A stretch of DNA of 52,571 nucleotides from a virus (taxonomy: Duplodnaviria; Caudoviricetes). Below the pieces are notes generated by a model. That model was given only the letters and a program-made list of their open reading frames with translations, had not been told where the DNA came from and did not search any database. A program made the translations under genes and the position numbers. Location of the stretch: the IMG/VR virus record IMGVR_UViG_3300032893_000065, positions 1 through 52,571 of that record. The stretch is one strand, 5' to 3'. Every line of letters begins with the position of its first letter. Within the stretch, counting starts at the first letter, position 1. Positions 23,614-34,105 of the stretch are shown one piece after another.

Positions 23614-23990
23614 TGAGCGAATACCGGCTACCGAACGGTAGGCGTGCAAACGGTCGTTACCAACAGACGACTCCTGTGCGGGTGTCTCCCGGGGAAGTCG
23701 TTGTGCCGAGGAAAGTCGTTGTGCCGAAGGACGATGGCTTCGGCTCCAGGATGAGGGAGGTCCGGCTGGACGACGTGCTCACTGCCGAAATCGCCATCTC
23801 TCGTCTCGTCAACCGGAAGAACCCGTTCCTGGACCTGAAGGGCCTGGATGACCCCCGCCCCCTCACGCCCGTCGTCGCCTCGCCGGATGCGACCTGGGCG
23901 AAGCGGCTCTCGGCCGAACTCGACATCGAGGAGACGAAGCCCGAAGCGAAGCCCCCTCCTCTCAGGGCCCCTGAGTTGGACATCCCATGA
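23610..23990 (+). CDS. Hypothetical protein between TerS and TerL
   Basis: Coupled both ends; contains PVRVSPGEVVVP. Confidence 0.6.
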   Translation: MMSEYRLPNGRRANGRYQQTTPVRVSPGEVVVPRKVVVPKDDGFGSRMREVRLDDVLTAEIAISRLVNRKNPFLDLKGLDDPRPLTPVVASPDATWAKRLSAELDIEETKPEAKPPPLRAPELDIP

Positions 23991-25462
23991 AGAGGGGCAA
24001 GCTGACCCTCCAGGAGGCCGAAGCCTTTCTCGCTGGCAAGGTCTCGGCCGATCGCCCCCGCTTCGACATCGATGCCCTCCTCTTCGGCAAGCAGCGCGCC
24101 TTCGTCCGAGACGACGCCACCTTCGCGACGTCCGTCTGCTCACGCCGCGCCGGCAAGTCCGTGGGCGTCGCCTCCTGGCTCCTCGAAGGGCCCCTCGTCT
24201 CCGATGCCCCGAGCCTCTACTTCACGAACACTCGCAAGGAGGCGAAGCGGATCATCTGGCCGGTCATGCTTCGCATCAACCGGGAGTATGGGCTCGGCTA
24301 CAGGCCGAACGAGACGGAACTCACGCTTTCCCTGAACGGGATTCCCTCGGTTTTTCTCCAGGGGGTGGACAACCGGGACGAGATCGACAAGGCCCGAGGA
24401 ACGGGCTGGGGTCGGGTGGCCGGGGACGAGGCGCAGACCCTTCCCCAGCACGTCTCCGACATGATTGCGGACGTGCTCATGCCGTCCTTCATGGACTATG
24501 ACGGCAAGCTCCGGATCGTCGGTACCCCCGGTGCCGTCCCGGTGGGCTTCTTCTACGACGCCACCCAGAACCCGGAGTGGAGTCACCATGAGTGGACGGT
24601 CTGGGAGAATCCGTACATCGCGAATCCCCGGGCCATGCTCGACAAGGTGCTCAAGGCTCGCGGGGTTCCGGAGACTGATCCTTCCATCCAGCGGGAGTGG
24701 TACGGCCGCTGGGTGCTCGACCTCAACTCCCTTGTCTTCCAGTATCAGGTCGAGAAGAACCACTACGAGATCCTGCCCATCACCGGGGCGAAGTGGTTCT
24801 ATGCGATCGGCATCGACCTCGGGTTCAATGACGCCGACGCGATCGCGGTGCTCACCTGGAACGACCAGGACAAGCGCACCTGGTTGGTCGAGGAGTACGT
24901 CCAGCCGAAGTCGGACGTGACGACGCTCGCGGAGCAGGCGCTCCGGATGTACGACCGCTTCGGCCACGACCGGGTGCTCGCCATGGTGGTGGACGCTGGG
25001 GGGATCGGGAAGAAGGTCACGGAGGAGCTATCGGCCCGCTACAAGCTGCCGGTGCAGCCGGCCCAGAAGCCCGAGAAGCAGACTTACATCGAGCTACTCA
25101 ACGACGCGATGCGAACGGGGAAGTTCCTTGCCAAGGCGAGCAGCCGATTCGCTCAGGACTGCCTGCGCGTGGAGTGGGACCGAGACAGGTCCACCCCCGA
25201 GCGCCGCGTGGTCTCCGATAGGTTCCACTCCGACATCACCGATGCGGTGCTCTATGCTTACCGGGAGTCGATCGCGTGGATCTCGAAGATCCCGGAGGTC
25301 ATTCCGGAGCGGGGCTCGATGGAGGCGGTGAAGCGGGAGGAGCAGGCGATTCGGGCGAAGCTGGAGAGGGAGATGCAGAAGGAGAAGGCGGCGCGGATGG
25401 ACCCCTTCGCCGCCATGGACGAGTTGCTCATCGATGAGACGATGGGCGAGGAGTGGTTCTAA
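23987..25462 (+). CDS. terL: Terminase large subunit
   Basis: Q motif, SRRAGKS Walker A, AGDEAQ Walker B, VGTP motif C, GIDLG and DITDA nuclease motifs. Confidence 0.95.
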   Translation: MKRGKLTLQEAEAFLAGKVSADRPRFDIDALLFGKQRAFVRDDATFATSVCSRRAGKSVGVASWLLEGPLVSDAPSLYFTNTRKEAKRIIWPVMLRINREYGLGYRPNETELTLSLNGIPSVFLQGVDNRDEIDKARGTGWGRVAGDEAQTLPQHVSDMIADVLMPSFMDYDGKLRIVGTPGAVPVGFFYDATQNPEWSHHEWTVWENPYIANPRAMLDKVLKARGVPETDPSIQREWYGRWVLDLNSLVFQYQVEKNHYEILPITGAKWFYAIGIDLGFNDADAIAVLTWNDQDKRTWLVEEYVQPKSDVTTLAEQALRMYDRFGHDRVLAMVVDAGGIGKKVTEELSARYKLPVQPAQKPEKQTYIELLNDAMRTGKFLAKASSRFAQDCLRVEWDRDRSTPERRVVSDRFHSDITDAVLYAYRESIAWISKIPEVIPERGSMEAVKREEQAIRAKLEREMQKEKAARMDPFAAMDELLIDETMGEEWF

Positions 25463-25650
25463 TGGACAAGCCCTTTGATGCCTTCGCGGTCACGCTTGAG
25501 AACGCTGAGACCAGAAAACGTGCCAAAATCGTGTTGCGGGTCGAAAAAGGTTCCGACTGTGAACATTTCGCCGCTGGCGACACGTTCAAGTATACGAACG
25601 GGCCGATGGAAGGCGAGTGGCTCGTTATCGAATCCGCGCGTGCCAACTAG
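25462..25650 (+). CDS. Hypothetical protein
   Basis: TAATG coupling with terL. Confidence 0.6.
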   Translation: MDKPFDAFAVTLENAETRKRAKIVLRVEKGSDCEHFAAGDTFKYTNGPMEGEWLVIESARAN

Positions 25651-25659
25651 GAACCCATC

Positions 25660-25974
25660 ATGCCTCTCTACGAGTATGCGTGCATGAATTGCGATCGCCG
25701 GGTCGAGGAGTATCGGCGCCTCTCCGAGATCGACCTACCGGCGCCGACCTGCGATTGCGGCTCGGCCATGAAGATCGTCCCTGCCCGCTTCGGAATCGCC
25801 TTCGTGACGAGGGGCGGCAACCTCTACCGGATGACGCCGGCCGCGGGCAAGGTCACCAAGGGGAATCGCAAGCCGAAAACCGTAAGCAGAGGCCACGGGC
25901 TCGGAGGCCGCCGGAAGCCGCCCACCATCGAACGCGTGGGTAAATCCACCTTCTCGGTGGAGGCGAAGAAGTGA
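25660..25974 (+). CDS. FmdB-family Zn-ribbon protein
   Basis: MPLYEYACMNC...PTCDCG. Confidence 0.8.
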   Translation: MPLYEYACMNCDRRVEEYRRLSEIDLPAPTCDCGSAMKIVPARFGIAFVTRGGNLYRMTPAAGKVTKGNRKPKTVSRGHGLGGRRKPPTIERVGKSTFSVEAKK

Positions 25975-26168
25975 AGCCAAGGCTTCGCGGCCAGCCGGCG
26001 CTAGAGGCGTCCAGGGTGGCGTTTCTCTTCGCCATCCGTCGTGACTGGGCGCCCTTCCCGAAGACGGCCAACTGGATGCCCTCCACTCAACTCGTCCTTT
26101 TCGACATCGCCAAGGAACTCGAAAGCGAGGCCCTCGCCTTGCTCGGTCTGCCCAAGGGAGACGCATGA
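25971..26168 (+). CDS. Hypothetical protein
   Basis: GTGA-coupled. Confidence 0.55.
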   Translation: MKPRLRGQPALEASRVAFLFAIRRDWAPFPKTANWMPSTQLVLFDIAKELESEALALLGLPKGDA

Positions 26169-26413
26169 AAGGCGACGACATCACCGGAGTTGCGGCACTC
26201 ATCGAAGAGGTCGCCCCCAGGTGCAAGAAGCACGGGATCCGACGGATCCGTATCGAGGACATCGAGATGGAGTTTGGGCCCTCGACGGAGCGCGTGACCT
26301 CCGCGGAGATCGAGAAGATCGCGGCGGAGCTTGAGAAGAACATGCCCACCGATGAGCAGATCCTCTTCCATAGCGCTCCCGGCGGGGCGCCCGTCGAGCC
26401 CGGGGAGGCTTAA
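26165..26413 (+). CDS. Hypothetical protein
   Basis: ATGA-coupled; PTDEQILFHS. Confidence 0.65.
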   Translation: MKGDDITGVAALIEEVAPRCKKHGIRRIRIEDIEMEFGPSTERVTSAEIEKIAAELEKNMPTDEQILFHSAPGGAPVEPGEA

Positions 26414-26416
26414 CCC

Positions 26417-28417
26417 ATGGCAATCAAGCGAGGCGCGCGGACCGGGAAGCGACTGGGCGACTTCGTTGAGAAGGGCTCGAAGCGGAAAGCGACGAACCCG
26501 ATCTTCAACTACCGCTGGTGGCTCCTGCCCGACGAGGAGGCGCCCGGTGCCCTCATGGGCATGCTCCAGCAGATCCGCAACCAGCAGATCGCCTTCGAGC
26601 AGCAGCGGCAAATCTGTGCCCGGCTCTACGGGGGTCTGCTCCCTGGATCCTACTTCGGCGCCACGATGGACCGGCTCCACATGCTCCATCCGAGCCTCTC
26701 CGGTCGGCTCACGTACAACGTCGTTGCGATCGTTGTGGACACCCTCATCTCTCGCATCACGAAGAACACGGTGCGGCCCCTCTTCCTCACTCAGGGCGGC
26801 GACTACCGGCAGCAGAGGCGAGCGAAGAAGCTCTCCCAGTTCGCGGATGGCATGTCCTACGAGACGAAGATGGACGATCTCGGGCCCCAGGCCTTCCGGG
26901 ATGCCCTGGTCCTCTCCGAGGGCCTCCTCCATGTCTACGAGGACCGGGTGAAGGGGCGCGTCTCGACCGAGCGCGTCATGCCCTCGGAACTCTACGTGGA
27001 CGAGATCGATGGCTTCTACTCGACGCCGACGCAGATGACTCGCGCGAAGGCAGTGGACCGAGAGCAACTCTTGGAGGCGTGGAAGGGCGACAAGCGCGCC
27101 ACGGAGATGATCAAAAACTGCCGGATGGCGACCCTCGACGGCATGGGCGGGGACACGCGCGGAATCTCCGACACGATCCCCATCGCAGAGTCGTGGAAGC
27201 TCCCCACGGGTATGGACCCCGAGACCAAGGAGCCGACGGCCGACGGCGTCCATGTGCTCTGGTGCGAGAAAGGAATCCTAACCCCAAAGGACGAGCGCGT
27301 TTACCGGAAGACTCGGTTCCCGTTCGCCGTGTACCGCTGGAAGCCGGCCATCTACGGTTGGCACGGGACGTCTCTCGCCTCGGAACTCATCGGTTCCCAG
27401 GTCGAGATGAACCACCTCCTCATCATGTTCCAGCGGGCCTTCCGGCTCATGGCAGCCTTCCGGATCTGGATCGAGCACGGTACGGTTCCCGACTCCCACT
27501 TCCAGGACAAGATCGGCACCATTCTCCATGGCCCCAAGGGGTCAAGCCCGCCGCAGTTCCTCACGCCTCCGGCCATGAACGAGCAGTATTTCCGCCACTT
27601 TGAGACGATCAAGAGTAGGGCCTTCGAGATTGCTCGTCTCTCTCAGGCATCGGCGGTTGGAGAACGCCCGGCCGGGCTCGATTCTGGTGAGGCGCAGCGC
27701 GTCTACCATGACATCGAGGGCGAAGGCTTTCAGCACCCCTCGAAGCAGTACGAAGCCTTCCACCTCGACGTGACGAGCCTCCAGATCGATACCGTTCGGG
27801 ACATCTTCGAGCGAGAGAAGACCTACAGCCTAAACGCTCCCGTAGCCTCGACTTCTTTGCCGGGCCAGCGGTTCCTGCGAACTATCGACTGGAAGCAGGT
27901 CAAGCTCGATGAGGATGAGTACGTCCTAAAGTGTTACCCTACCTCCAGCCTTCCGACGACCCCGCAGGGCAAGCTCGCGACCATTCAAGACCTCATGCGG
28001 GCCGGGCTCATCGACCCGCCGACGGCCCGGAAACTCCTCGACTATCCGGATCTCACCCAGGTTCAGAGCCTCCTCGGAGCGGCCGAGGACTGGATCATGA
28101 GCCGCCTCGACAAGATCGTTGAGGACGGTCACTACCTGCCCCCCGATCCCTGGATGAACCTTCAGATGGCGGAAACCCTTGGACTTCAAGAGTTTTCGCT
28201 CGGGGCGGCGAACAACATGGAGGACCAGAAGCTCGACATGCTCCGGCGCTGGATCACGCAGGTTCGCGACTACAAGAAGGCTGCGATCGCCTCTGTCCAG
28301 CCTCCCGTAGCGCCCGGCGCTCCCGGCCCGGGTCTCCCTCCGGGGAGGGGCCAGCCGGCTCCCGCTCCGGTCTCACCGATGCTTCCCCCGCAGGGGACTC
28401 AGCCCCTCGCGGCATAA
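26417..28417 (+). CDS. Portal protein
   Basis: 666 aa after TerL; NVV..VVDTL.SRI, FPF..W....G..G.SLA, SG.A motifs; Pro-rich tail. Confidence 0.85.
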   Translation: MAIKRGARTGKRLGDFVEKGSKRKATNPIFNYRWWLLPDEEAPGALMGMLQQIRNQQIAFEQQRQICARLYGGLLPGSYFGATMDRLHMLHPSLSGRLTYNVVAIVVDTLISRITKNTVRPLFLTQGGDYRQQRRAKKLSQFADGMSYETKMDDLGPQAFRDALVLSEGLLHVYEDRVKGRVSTERVMPSELYVDEIDGFYSTPTQMTRAKAVDREQLLEAWKGDKRATEMIKNCRMATLDGMGGDTRGISDTIPIAESWKLPTGMDPETKEPTADGVHVLWCEKGILTPKDERVYRKTRFPFAVYRWKPAIYGWHGTSLASELIGSQVEMNHLLIMFQRAFRLMAAFRIWIEHGTVPDSHFQDKIGTILHGPKGSSPPQFLTPPAMNEQYFRHFETIKSRAFEIARLSQASAVGERPAGLDSGEAQRVYHDIEGEGFQHPSKQYEAFHLDVTSLQIDTVRDIFEREKTYSLNAPVASTSLPGQRFLRTIDWKQVKLDEDEYVLKCYPTSSLPTTPQGKLATIQDLMRAGLIDPPTARKLLDYPDLTQVQSLLGAAEDWIMSRLDKIVEDGHYLPPDPWMNLQMAETLGLQEFSLGAANNMEDQKLDMLRRWITQVRDYKKAAIASVQPPVAPGAPGPGLPPGRGQPAPAPVSPMLPPQGTQPLAA

Positions 28418-28426
28418 GGAGAACCC

Positions 28427-29482
28427 ATGCCTATCAGTGGTCGGATTTCAGTGAATACAGGTGCCGCCGCAGCCTCTACGCCCGCGGCGGCCCGGGGCGC
28501 CACGGACAAGTACACGCCTCGACATTCGGATGCGGGAGGCCCCTGGGCGCCTACCGCGCCCATTCCGGGCGCCCAGCCCGCGGAGCCAGCCCCGTCTCGC
28601 GTTGCCCCCGGCCAGGAGGCCGGCGAGGGCGAGACCGGAGAGCCCCGGGAGGGAAGCGACGCCTGGCGGCTCGCTCAGTTGGCCCGCAAGGACAAGATGG
28701 TCCGCCAGCGCATGGAGGCGGCGGCCCGGGCGGAAGCCGCGGCGCGAGCCCGGATGGAGGAGGTAGACCGGCGCCAGGAAGCCCTCGCGGCACGCCTCGC
28801 GGAGATCGAGGAGCGCCAGGCCAAGTGGCGAACCGATCCGGCCCAGCTTCTACGGGACAACGGCTACAACCCCGAGGCGGCCCTCCAGTTCATGCTTAAC
28901 GGACAGAAGCTCACTCCAGAGCAGGAGGCCACGGCTGCCCTACAAGCGCAGATCGCGGATGAGGCGAAGCAGCGGGAGGCCGACGCTGCGGCCCTACGGG
29001 AGGAGATCGCTCAGAATCAGAAGCGAGCCGAGGAGGAGCGGGCCAAGGTATCTCAGGCAGAACAGGCCCGGGAAGAGCAGGCCGCGATCGCGGACTTCAA
29101 GTCGGAGATCAACGAGATCGTCCAGGCTGACCCTGAAGCCTATGAGATCGTAGCCAAAATGGGGGACCGGGGCGTCGATCAGGTCTTCGAGCACATCGAT
29201 GACGCCTACCAGAAGACCGGCAAGCGCATGAGCATCAAGCAGGCCGCAGCCGAGGTCGAGGCGGAAGCCGTAGCGGATGCCCAGAAGTGGCTCTCCGAAT
29301 CCCCGAAACTCCAGCGGCTAGCCTTTGGGGGTCGTCCAGCGGCCCCGAGGACGCTTACGAACCGGCTGGGGCCCGTAACACCCACTCCTCCGCCTCCCCC
29401 CGGGAATGAAACCGAGGCGGAGAAGCGTGCTCGGCTCCATGCGACGGTGGAGGCGGCCCTTCGGGCTGGCCGGCTCAGGTGA
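28427..29482 (+). CDS. Capsid scaffolding protein (putative)
   Basis: Long Ala/Glu/Arg coiled coil between portal and capsid. Confidence 0.7.
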   Translation: MPISGRISVNTGAAAASTPAAARGATDKYTPRHSDAGGPWAPTAPIPGAQPAEPAPSRVAPGQEAGEGETGEPREGSDAWRLAQLARKDKMVRQRMEAAARAEAAARARMEEVDRRQEALAARLAEIEERQAKWRTDPAQLLRDNGYNPEAALQFMLNGQKLTPEQEATAALQAQIADEAKQREADAAALREEIAQNQKRAEEERAKVSQAEQAREEQAAIADFKSEINEIVQADPEAYEIVAKMGDRGVDQVFEHIDDAYQKTGKRMSIKQAAAEVEAEAVADAQKWLSESPKLQRLAFGGRPAAPRTLTNRLGPVTPTPPPPPGNETEAEKRARLHATVEAALRAGRLR

Positions 29483-29790
29483 ACGAGCGCGAAGCCCAGA
29501 GGGCTCTCCGATGGCGGAAGGGTCGCGAGGCCCTCATGGAGAACGCCTACAATCAGGGCGTCGAAGTCATCGACCAGATCGGCCCGGCGATCATCGCGTG
29601 GATCGCCTCGCGGCAGGCTGGGAAGCCTACGGAACACCTTCCATGGTGGCCTGCGCTCGCCCCGCTCAATCGGGCGGAGCGGGCCATGGTCATGGAGTTC
29701 ATCGCGCGAGACCTCGCCGGAGCGGTCACCCGCGTAGTTCCTGACGTAAATCCACCGTCTCCTGTAGCGGTCGGTGAAGGCACCCGGTAG
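29479..29790 (+). CDS. Hypothetical protein
   Basis: GTGA-coupled. Confidence 0.55.
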   Translation: MNEREAQRALRWRKGREALMENAYNQGVEVIDQIGPAIIAWIASRQAGKPTEHLPWWPALAPLNRAERAMVMEFIARDLAGAVTRVVPDVNPPSPVAVGEGTR

Positions 29791-29907
29791 GGGCAGGCAC
29801 GGCAACTCCGCAGTCCGCGGCATCGAAGCGACCGAGCAGCCGAACCAGCAGCCGACGTTTTGCTCACCCTTCGGTGCGCGGGCTAGTCCTGCGCGGAGAT
29901 TGCACAG

Positions 29908-31209
29908 ATGGCTTCGACCTTCCCCGTTTACGCATTCCCGGACGCGTCAGGTCTGTCGAACGCGACCGCTCTCCAGGCGATCCTGAAGGAATACTACGGA
30001 CCGCAGAAGATCAAGGAGATGGTCTACAGGCGAAACAAGCTCTTCGCCATGATCCACAAAGAAGAGGACTGGGCAGGCGAGGTCGTGCCTATCCCGGTCG
30101 TGTACGCCAACCCCCAGGGTGCGAGCCGCACCTTCGGTAACCTCGTCGGCTCCAGCACCGTGCAGGGCACTCCGGCCTCCGCTGCGGTGAAGTTCTTCAT
30201 GCAGTGGACGCAGGACTACGCGGTCGTGTCCATCACGAACCTCGTCCAGTTGGCCTCCCGCAATGACGCGGGCGCCTTCATCAAGGCCATCCAGAGAGAG
30301 ATGAACGGAGGCCTTCGGACGGCAGAGAACCGTTGGGCCGGATCGATGTTCCGGCGCTCCACCGGGACCATCGGCGTCTCCTCGACCTTCGGCTCCGTCG
30401 GCACGGGCGTTGTCCAGCTTGCCGACCCGATGTCGATTACCCAGTTCGAGGTGGGCCAGGTGATCATGGCCTCGTCTTCGGACGGTGGCTCCAACATCGG
30501 CTCCAGCTACGGCTGGATCTTCGCCGTGGATCGCGGTTCCTCGCAGTTCACGGTTGCAACCTCCGCCGCGAACGCTGCGACGAAGACCGCCGGCACGCCC
30601 AACAACTGGTCGGGCGTGATGTACTTCTCGGTCGCGGGCGACGTGAACCTGTCCATCAACGGGCTCGCGGATTGGCTGCCGACAAGCGCTCCTGGGGGCT
30701 CCGACTCCTTCAACGGGGTGAACCGTTCTGCCGACGTAGTTCGCCTCGCGGGTGTCCGGTGGAATGGCTCGAACCAGAGCATCGAAGAGGCGCTCGTGGA
30801 CGCGGCGGCCCTGGCCGCCCGCGAAGACGGGACGCCGGAACTTGGGATCACGAACCACACCTCCTTCGCTGCGCTGGAGAAGGCGCTCGGTGCCAAGCGC
30901 GAGTACGTGAACTACGAGCACGACGAGGTGCCCGGCGTGGGCTTCTCGGGCCTGCGGATCCACGGCGCCGACGAGGAGATCAACATCTTCGCGGACCGCT
31001 CCTGCCAGGGCAAGGTGTGCTACCTGCTCGACCCCGACTCCTGGACCCTGGGGAGCATGAAGCAGTTGCCCCACGTCCTCACCGAGCTTGACGGGCTCTC
31101 CGAGCTTCGCGATCCGAACAACGACGCCACCCAGATCCGCATCGGCGGATACGGCATCCTGGCGTCCGATTCCCCCGGCCACAACGCAGTGGTGCAACTC
31201 CAGAGCTAA
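29908..31209 (+). CDS. Major capsid protein
   Basis: 433 aa after scaffold; ILKEYY, long backbone helix, insertion domain, C-terminal PGHNAV; strong codon bias. Confidence 0.85.
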   Translation: MASTFPVYAFPDASGLSNATALQAILKEYYGPQKIKEMVYRRNKLFAMIHKEEDWAGEVVPIPVVYANPQGASRTFGNLVGSSTVQGTPASAAVKFFMQWTQDYAVVSITNLVQLASRNDAGAFIKAIQREMNGGLRTAENRWAGSMFRRSTGTIGVSSTFGSVGTGVVQLADPMSITQFEVGQVIMASSSDGGSNIGSSYGWIFAVDRGSSQFTVATSAANAATKTAGTPNNWSGVMYFSVAGDVNLSINGLADWLPTSAPGGSDSFNGVNRSADVVRLAGVRWNGSNQSIEEALVDAAALAAREDGTPELGITNHTSFAALEKALGAKREYVNYEHDEVPGVGFSGLRIHGADEEINIFADRSCQGKVCYLLDPDSWTLGSMKQLPHVLTELDGLSELRDPNNDATQIRIGGYGILASDSPGHNAVVQLQS

Positions 31210-31230
31210 CCGACGGAGAACTTCAATCCG

Positions 31231-31259
31231 ATTGGGCGGGGGTAAGCCACTCGCCCAGT
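31231..31259 (+). other. Hairpin after capsid gene (stabiliser or weak terminator)
   Basis: TGGGCGGG..CTCGCCCA stem, no U-tract. Confidence 0.45.
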
Positions 31260-31280
31260 CGAGAATAGAGGAAAAACAAA

Positions 31281-32177
31281 ATGGCAAACCGTGACATGAC
31301 TCCTCTCCAGTTCTCCTTCGAGAAGCACAGGAAGACTCTGGACTGCCACTTCTACATCACCGGCTCTTCGGGCCAGGCGACGCTCGACGCTGCGGGGTCA
31401 AAGGGCATCCTTTCCATCGCCACGTCGAACCAGACCGGGAACATCCAGAAGCCCAACATCACCGGCCTCTACCAGATCCAGCTTGGAGTTTCCGCGAACT
31501 CGATCAACTTCGTTGACACCTACGTGAAGTCTCTGGTGCTCGATAACGCTCCCGAGATCGAGTACACGGGTGTGGCGAACCCTCTCGCGACCGGAACGCT
31601 CGCCATCTGGCGAGACGACGTCTCGAACAACGTTCCGATCTTTGGTGACATCGCCCCGACCCAGGGGACACCGACGGATGCTGGTACTGGGGGCACCCTT
31701 GCGGCGAGCCCCTACAAGTGGATCGTGACGGCTGTCGATGCGATGGGGAACGAGACCCAGCTTTCGACGGCCATCGCGACCGAGCAGACGATCACCCCGA
31801 CGGTCAACCACAAGGAGAACATCAACTGGACGGCCCTCACCAATCCCGGAGTCATCGGCTATAACGTCTACCGGACGCTCGCTTCCGGGGCGACAGGAAC
31901 CGAGGTCGTCTTCGTCGGCTTCGCCGCCGGGGCAGCCACGAACACCCTGGTGGACGCCGGTACGGCCGGTACCGCTTCTTACCAGTCCGGGACGATGTCG
32001 GCGGTCGCCGGTCAGAAGCTCCCGAACTACCTCCTCACTGCCTACAACTTTGCTCGGCCACCGATGGGTTACGGGTGCCTGACGATCCTGTTCCTCACCG
32101 GCACGACTGGGACCTGGCCGGGGCAGGGTGAGGGCATGCGAATCCAGATCGAACTGGGCGACTCCGGGGCCCCGTAA
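31281..32177 (+). CDS. Virion structural protein (decoration-like, with FN3/Ig-like insert)
   Basis: Follows capsid gene; YKWIVTAVD.MGNET..W....GYNVYR pattern. Confidence 0.6.
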   Translation: MANRDMTPLQFSFEKHRKTLDCHFYITGSSGQATLDAAGSKGILSIATSNQTGNIQKPNITGLYQIQLGVSANSINFVDTYVKSLVLDNAPEIEYTGVANPLATGTLAIWRDDVSNNVPIFGDIAPTQGTPTDAGTGGTLAASPYKWIVTAVDAMGNETQLSTAIATEQTITPTVNHKENINWTALTNPGVIGYNVYRTLASGATGTEVVFVGFAAGAATNTLVDAGTAGTASYQSGTMSAVAGQKLPNYLLTAYNFARPPMGYGCLTILFLTGTTGTWPGQGEGMRIQIELGDSGAP

Positions 32178-32186
32178 GGAGAGACC

Positions 32187-32786
32187 ATGGCAAAGCGACG
32201 TGGATCGTTTCTCTTCGCGGGCGGCGGAGCCAAGGAGAGGCCGCCAGGCAAGGGCTCTCGTATCTCCGGTCCTCCGAAGGGCGGCCCCTGGAGCAGGGGC
32301 TACAACTACGCCAATGACGTAGTCAGCGACGAGACCAGGCCCGCCAACGACAGAGAGCCTCTCTCTGGTGGCGGGTGGCCCAGCGGCAAGTATTGGGCCG
32401 GGGACAAGCTCGGGCCTCAGTATCAGGGTCGGGAACCTCTCTACCGGGGAGGCGGCGCTGAGTACCATGGCGGCTACGAGGGCAAGCCGGCTGCCGGCTG
32501 GAGTGGCGGGCACGATCCTGCCAACGACGTCATCACCGACGAGCCAGGGGGCGATACCGAGCCCCTGGCCGGCGGAGGCGAAGCGCTCTCGAACGAGGAG
32601 AAGCTCGCAGGGCACGAACTCATGTCCGCGCTCGGCGTCTCCGGTGGACTCGATGGAGACCGCAACAAGAAGGTCGGAGAGGTCGTCCGGGCCCTGAAGA
32701 GCCTGTTCATGATCTTCGATGCAGGAGAAGGGCCCGAAGAGGCGCCAGAAGAGCCTCCGGGCGGCGGCGAGGAAGGGCCGGAGTAA
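32187..32786 (+). CDS. Gly-rich hypothetical protein with internal repeat
   Basis: AAGGAG RBS; ANDV..DE....EPL.GGG twice. Confidence 0.65.
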   Translation: MAKRRGSFLFAGGGAKERPPGKGSRISGPPKGGPWSRGYNYANDVVSDETRPANDREPLSGGGWPSGKYWAGDKLGPQYQGREPLYRGGGAEYHGGYEGKPAAGWSGGHDPANDVITDEPGGDTEPLAGGGEALSNEEKLAGHELMSALGVSGGLDGDRNKKVGEVVRALKSLFMIFDAGEGPEEAPEEPPGGGEEGPE

Positions 32787-32792
32787 GCGCAT

Positions 32793-32832
32793 GGGCCGGC
32801 TGGGCTATCTCGGTCCAGCCGGCTCCTCTTCC
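32793..32832 (+). terminator. Putative terminator ending head block
   Basis: GGGCCGGCTGGGC/GTCCAGCCGGCTC stem then CTCTT. Confidence 0.5.
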
Positions 32833-32845
32833 CTAGGAGGTCTCC

Positions 32846-34105
32846 GTGCGCGTAGGGATTGATTTCGGCTCGGCCAACGCCGGCAAATCCCCGTACTTCA
32901 TGCTGTACGATCGGTTGGACACTTGGGTGGCCCTCACCCAGCCGACCATCCATGAGTACCAAAACGGACAGTATTATTTTGACATCGACTGGACGGACAC
33001 GACCGCCATCCCCGCGGGGGTCGGCTCGATCGTCTTCAAGGCCACAATCACCGGCACGGGCAACGAGCAGTGGGGCGTCATATCCAGTGGCCCGACCTCG
33101 CAGCCGGCCGCTCGCTACGTGATGGATTTCGGCTCGACCTTGGCCGGGCTACGGCCGACTTTCGACTACTACTCGGACATCCTGACGCTTCGGAACCTCT
33201 CTCAACCCCCAATCTACGAGGGAGGAGTAGGACTCTATTACTTCGATGCGACGTGGTATCTATACCCCGACACCGTATCCATCCAATTCAAATCGGTCCT
33301 GTCCGGGGTCGAGGTCTCCGACGTTCTCACCGTCCCTCCCCCGGCTGCCACGGTTGGCGTCGGCGGCGCGGCCACGCTCCTCTCGTTGAGGAACCAGATC
33401 CGGTCGCGGTCGGACACGGAGAACGACCCGCACATTACCGACGCCGAATTGAATGGGTGGATCAACGCCAGCTACTTTGAGATGTACGGGCTCCTCGTGA
33501 TGAGCTACGGGGACGATTACTTCACGGCGACCGCCCAGATCACGACGGACGGGCAGACCCAGACCTACCCGCTCCCCAACGGGACCCTCTACAATTCGGC
33601 CCCCGCGTTTTTCAAGGGCCAGCTTGTCGAACTCATCTCCGGTCCCTACGCGAACCCGCTCAGTCCGGTCACGCTCTTCCCCTTCAACTTCCGGGAGAAG
33701 AACCGCTACAACATGCCTGGCGCCTGGGCGGCGGCCTCGGGTCCCTACCTCTTCCCCCGGTACCGACTCGTCGGCTCCGGGATCATGTTCAGCCCGCTCC
33801 CACAGACCTCGCTCATCGTGAGGCTGTGGTACGCGCCCCAGCTTGCGCCCCTCGTCTATGACACGGATGTCGCGAATGATCTCAACGGGTGGCTGGAGCT
33901 TGTGGTCACGGACTGCTGCATCAAGGCCAAGGTGAAGCAGGACCGAGACGCGGCGGAGTTCCTCGTCGCGAAGGCGGCGCTCCAGAAGCGTATCGAGGAT
34001 GAGACCAAGAACCGGAACCTGGCGGAGCCCAACAGCGTGGTCGAGACCGAGCCCGTTTCTCCCTTTGGGTCCACGACCGGGCCCTGGGGCGGGGGCTACT
34101 GGTGA
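32846..34105 (+). CDS. Head-tail adaptor-like protein with duplicated N-terminal domains
   Basis: C-half TL..LR.QIR.RSD...TDAELN.WIN..Y..YPLP..P.P..WY.P adaptor pattern; position. Confidence 0.7.
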   Translation: MRVGIDFGSANAGKSPYFMLYDRLDTWVALTQPTIHEYQNGQYYFDIDWTDTTAIPAGVGSIVFKATITGTGNEQWGVISSGPTSQPAARYVMDFGSTLAGLRPTFDYYSDILTLRNLSQPPIYEGGVGLYYFDATWYLYPDTVSIQFKSVLSGVEVSDVLTVPPPAATVGVGGAATLLSLRNQIRSRSDTENDPHITDAELNGWINASYFEMYGLLVMSYGDDYFTATAQITTDGQTQTYPLPNGTLYNSAPAFFKGQLVELISGPYANPLSPVTLFPFNFREKNRYNMPGAWAAASGPYLFPRYRLVGSGIMFSPLPQTSLIVRLWYAPQLAPLVYDTDVANDLNGWLELVVTDCCIKAKVKQDRDAAEFLVAKAALQKRIEDETKNRNLAEPNSVVETEPVSPFGSTTGPWGGGYW

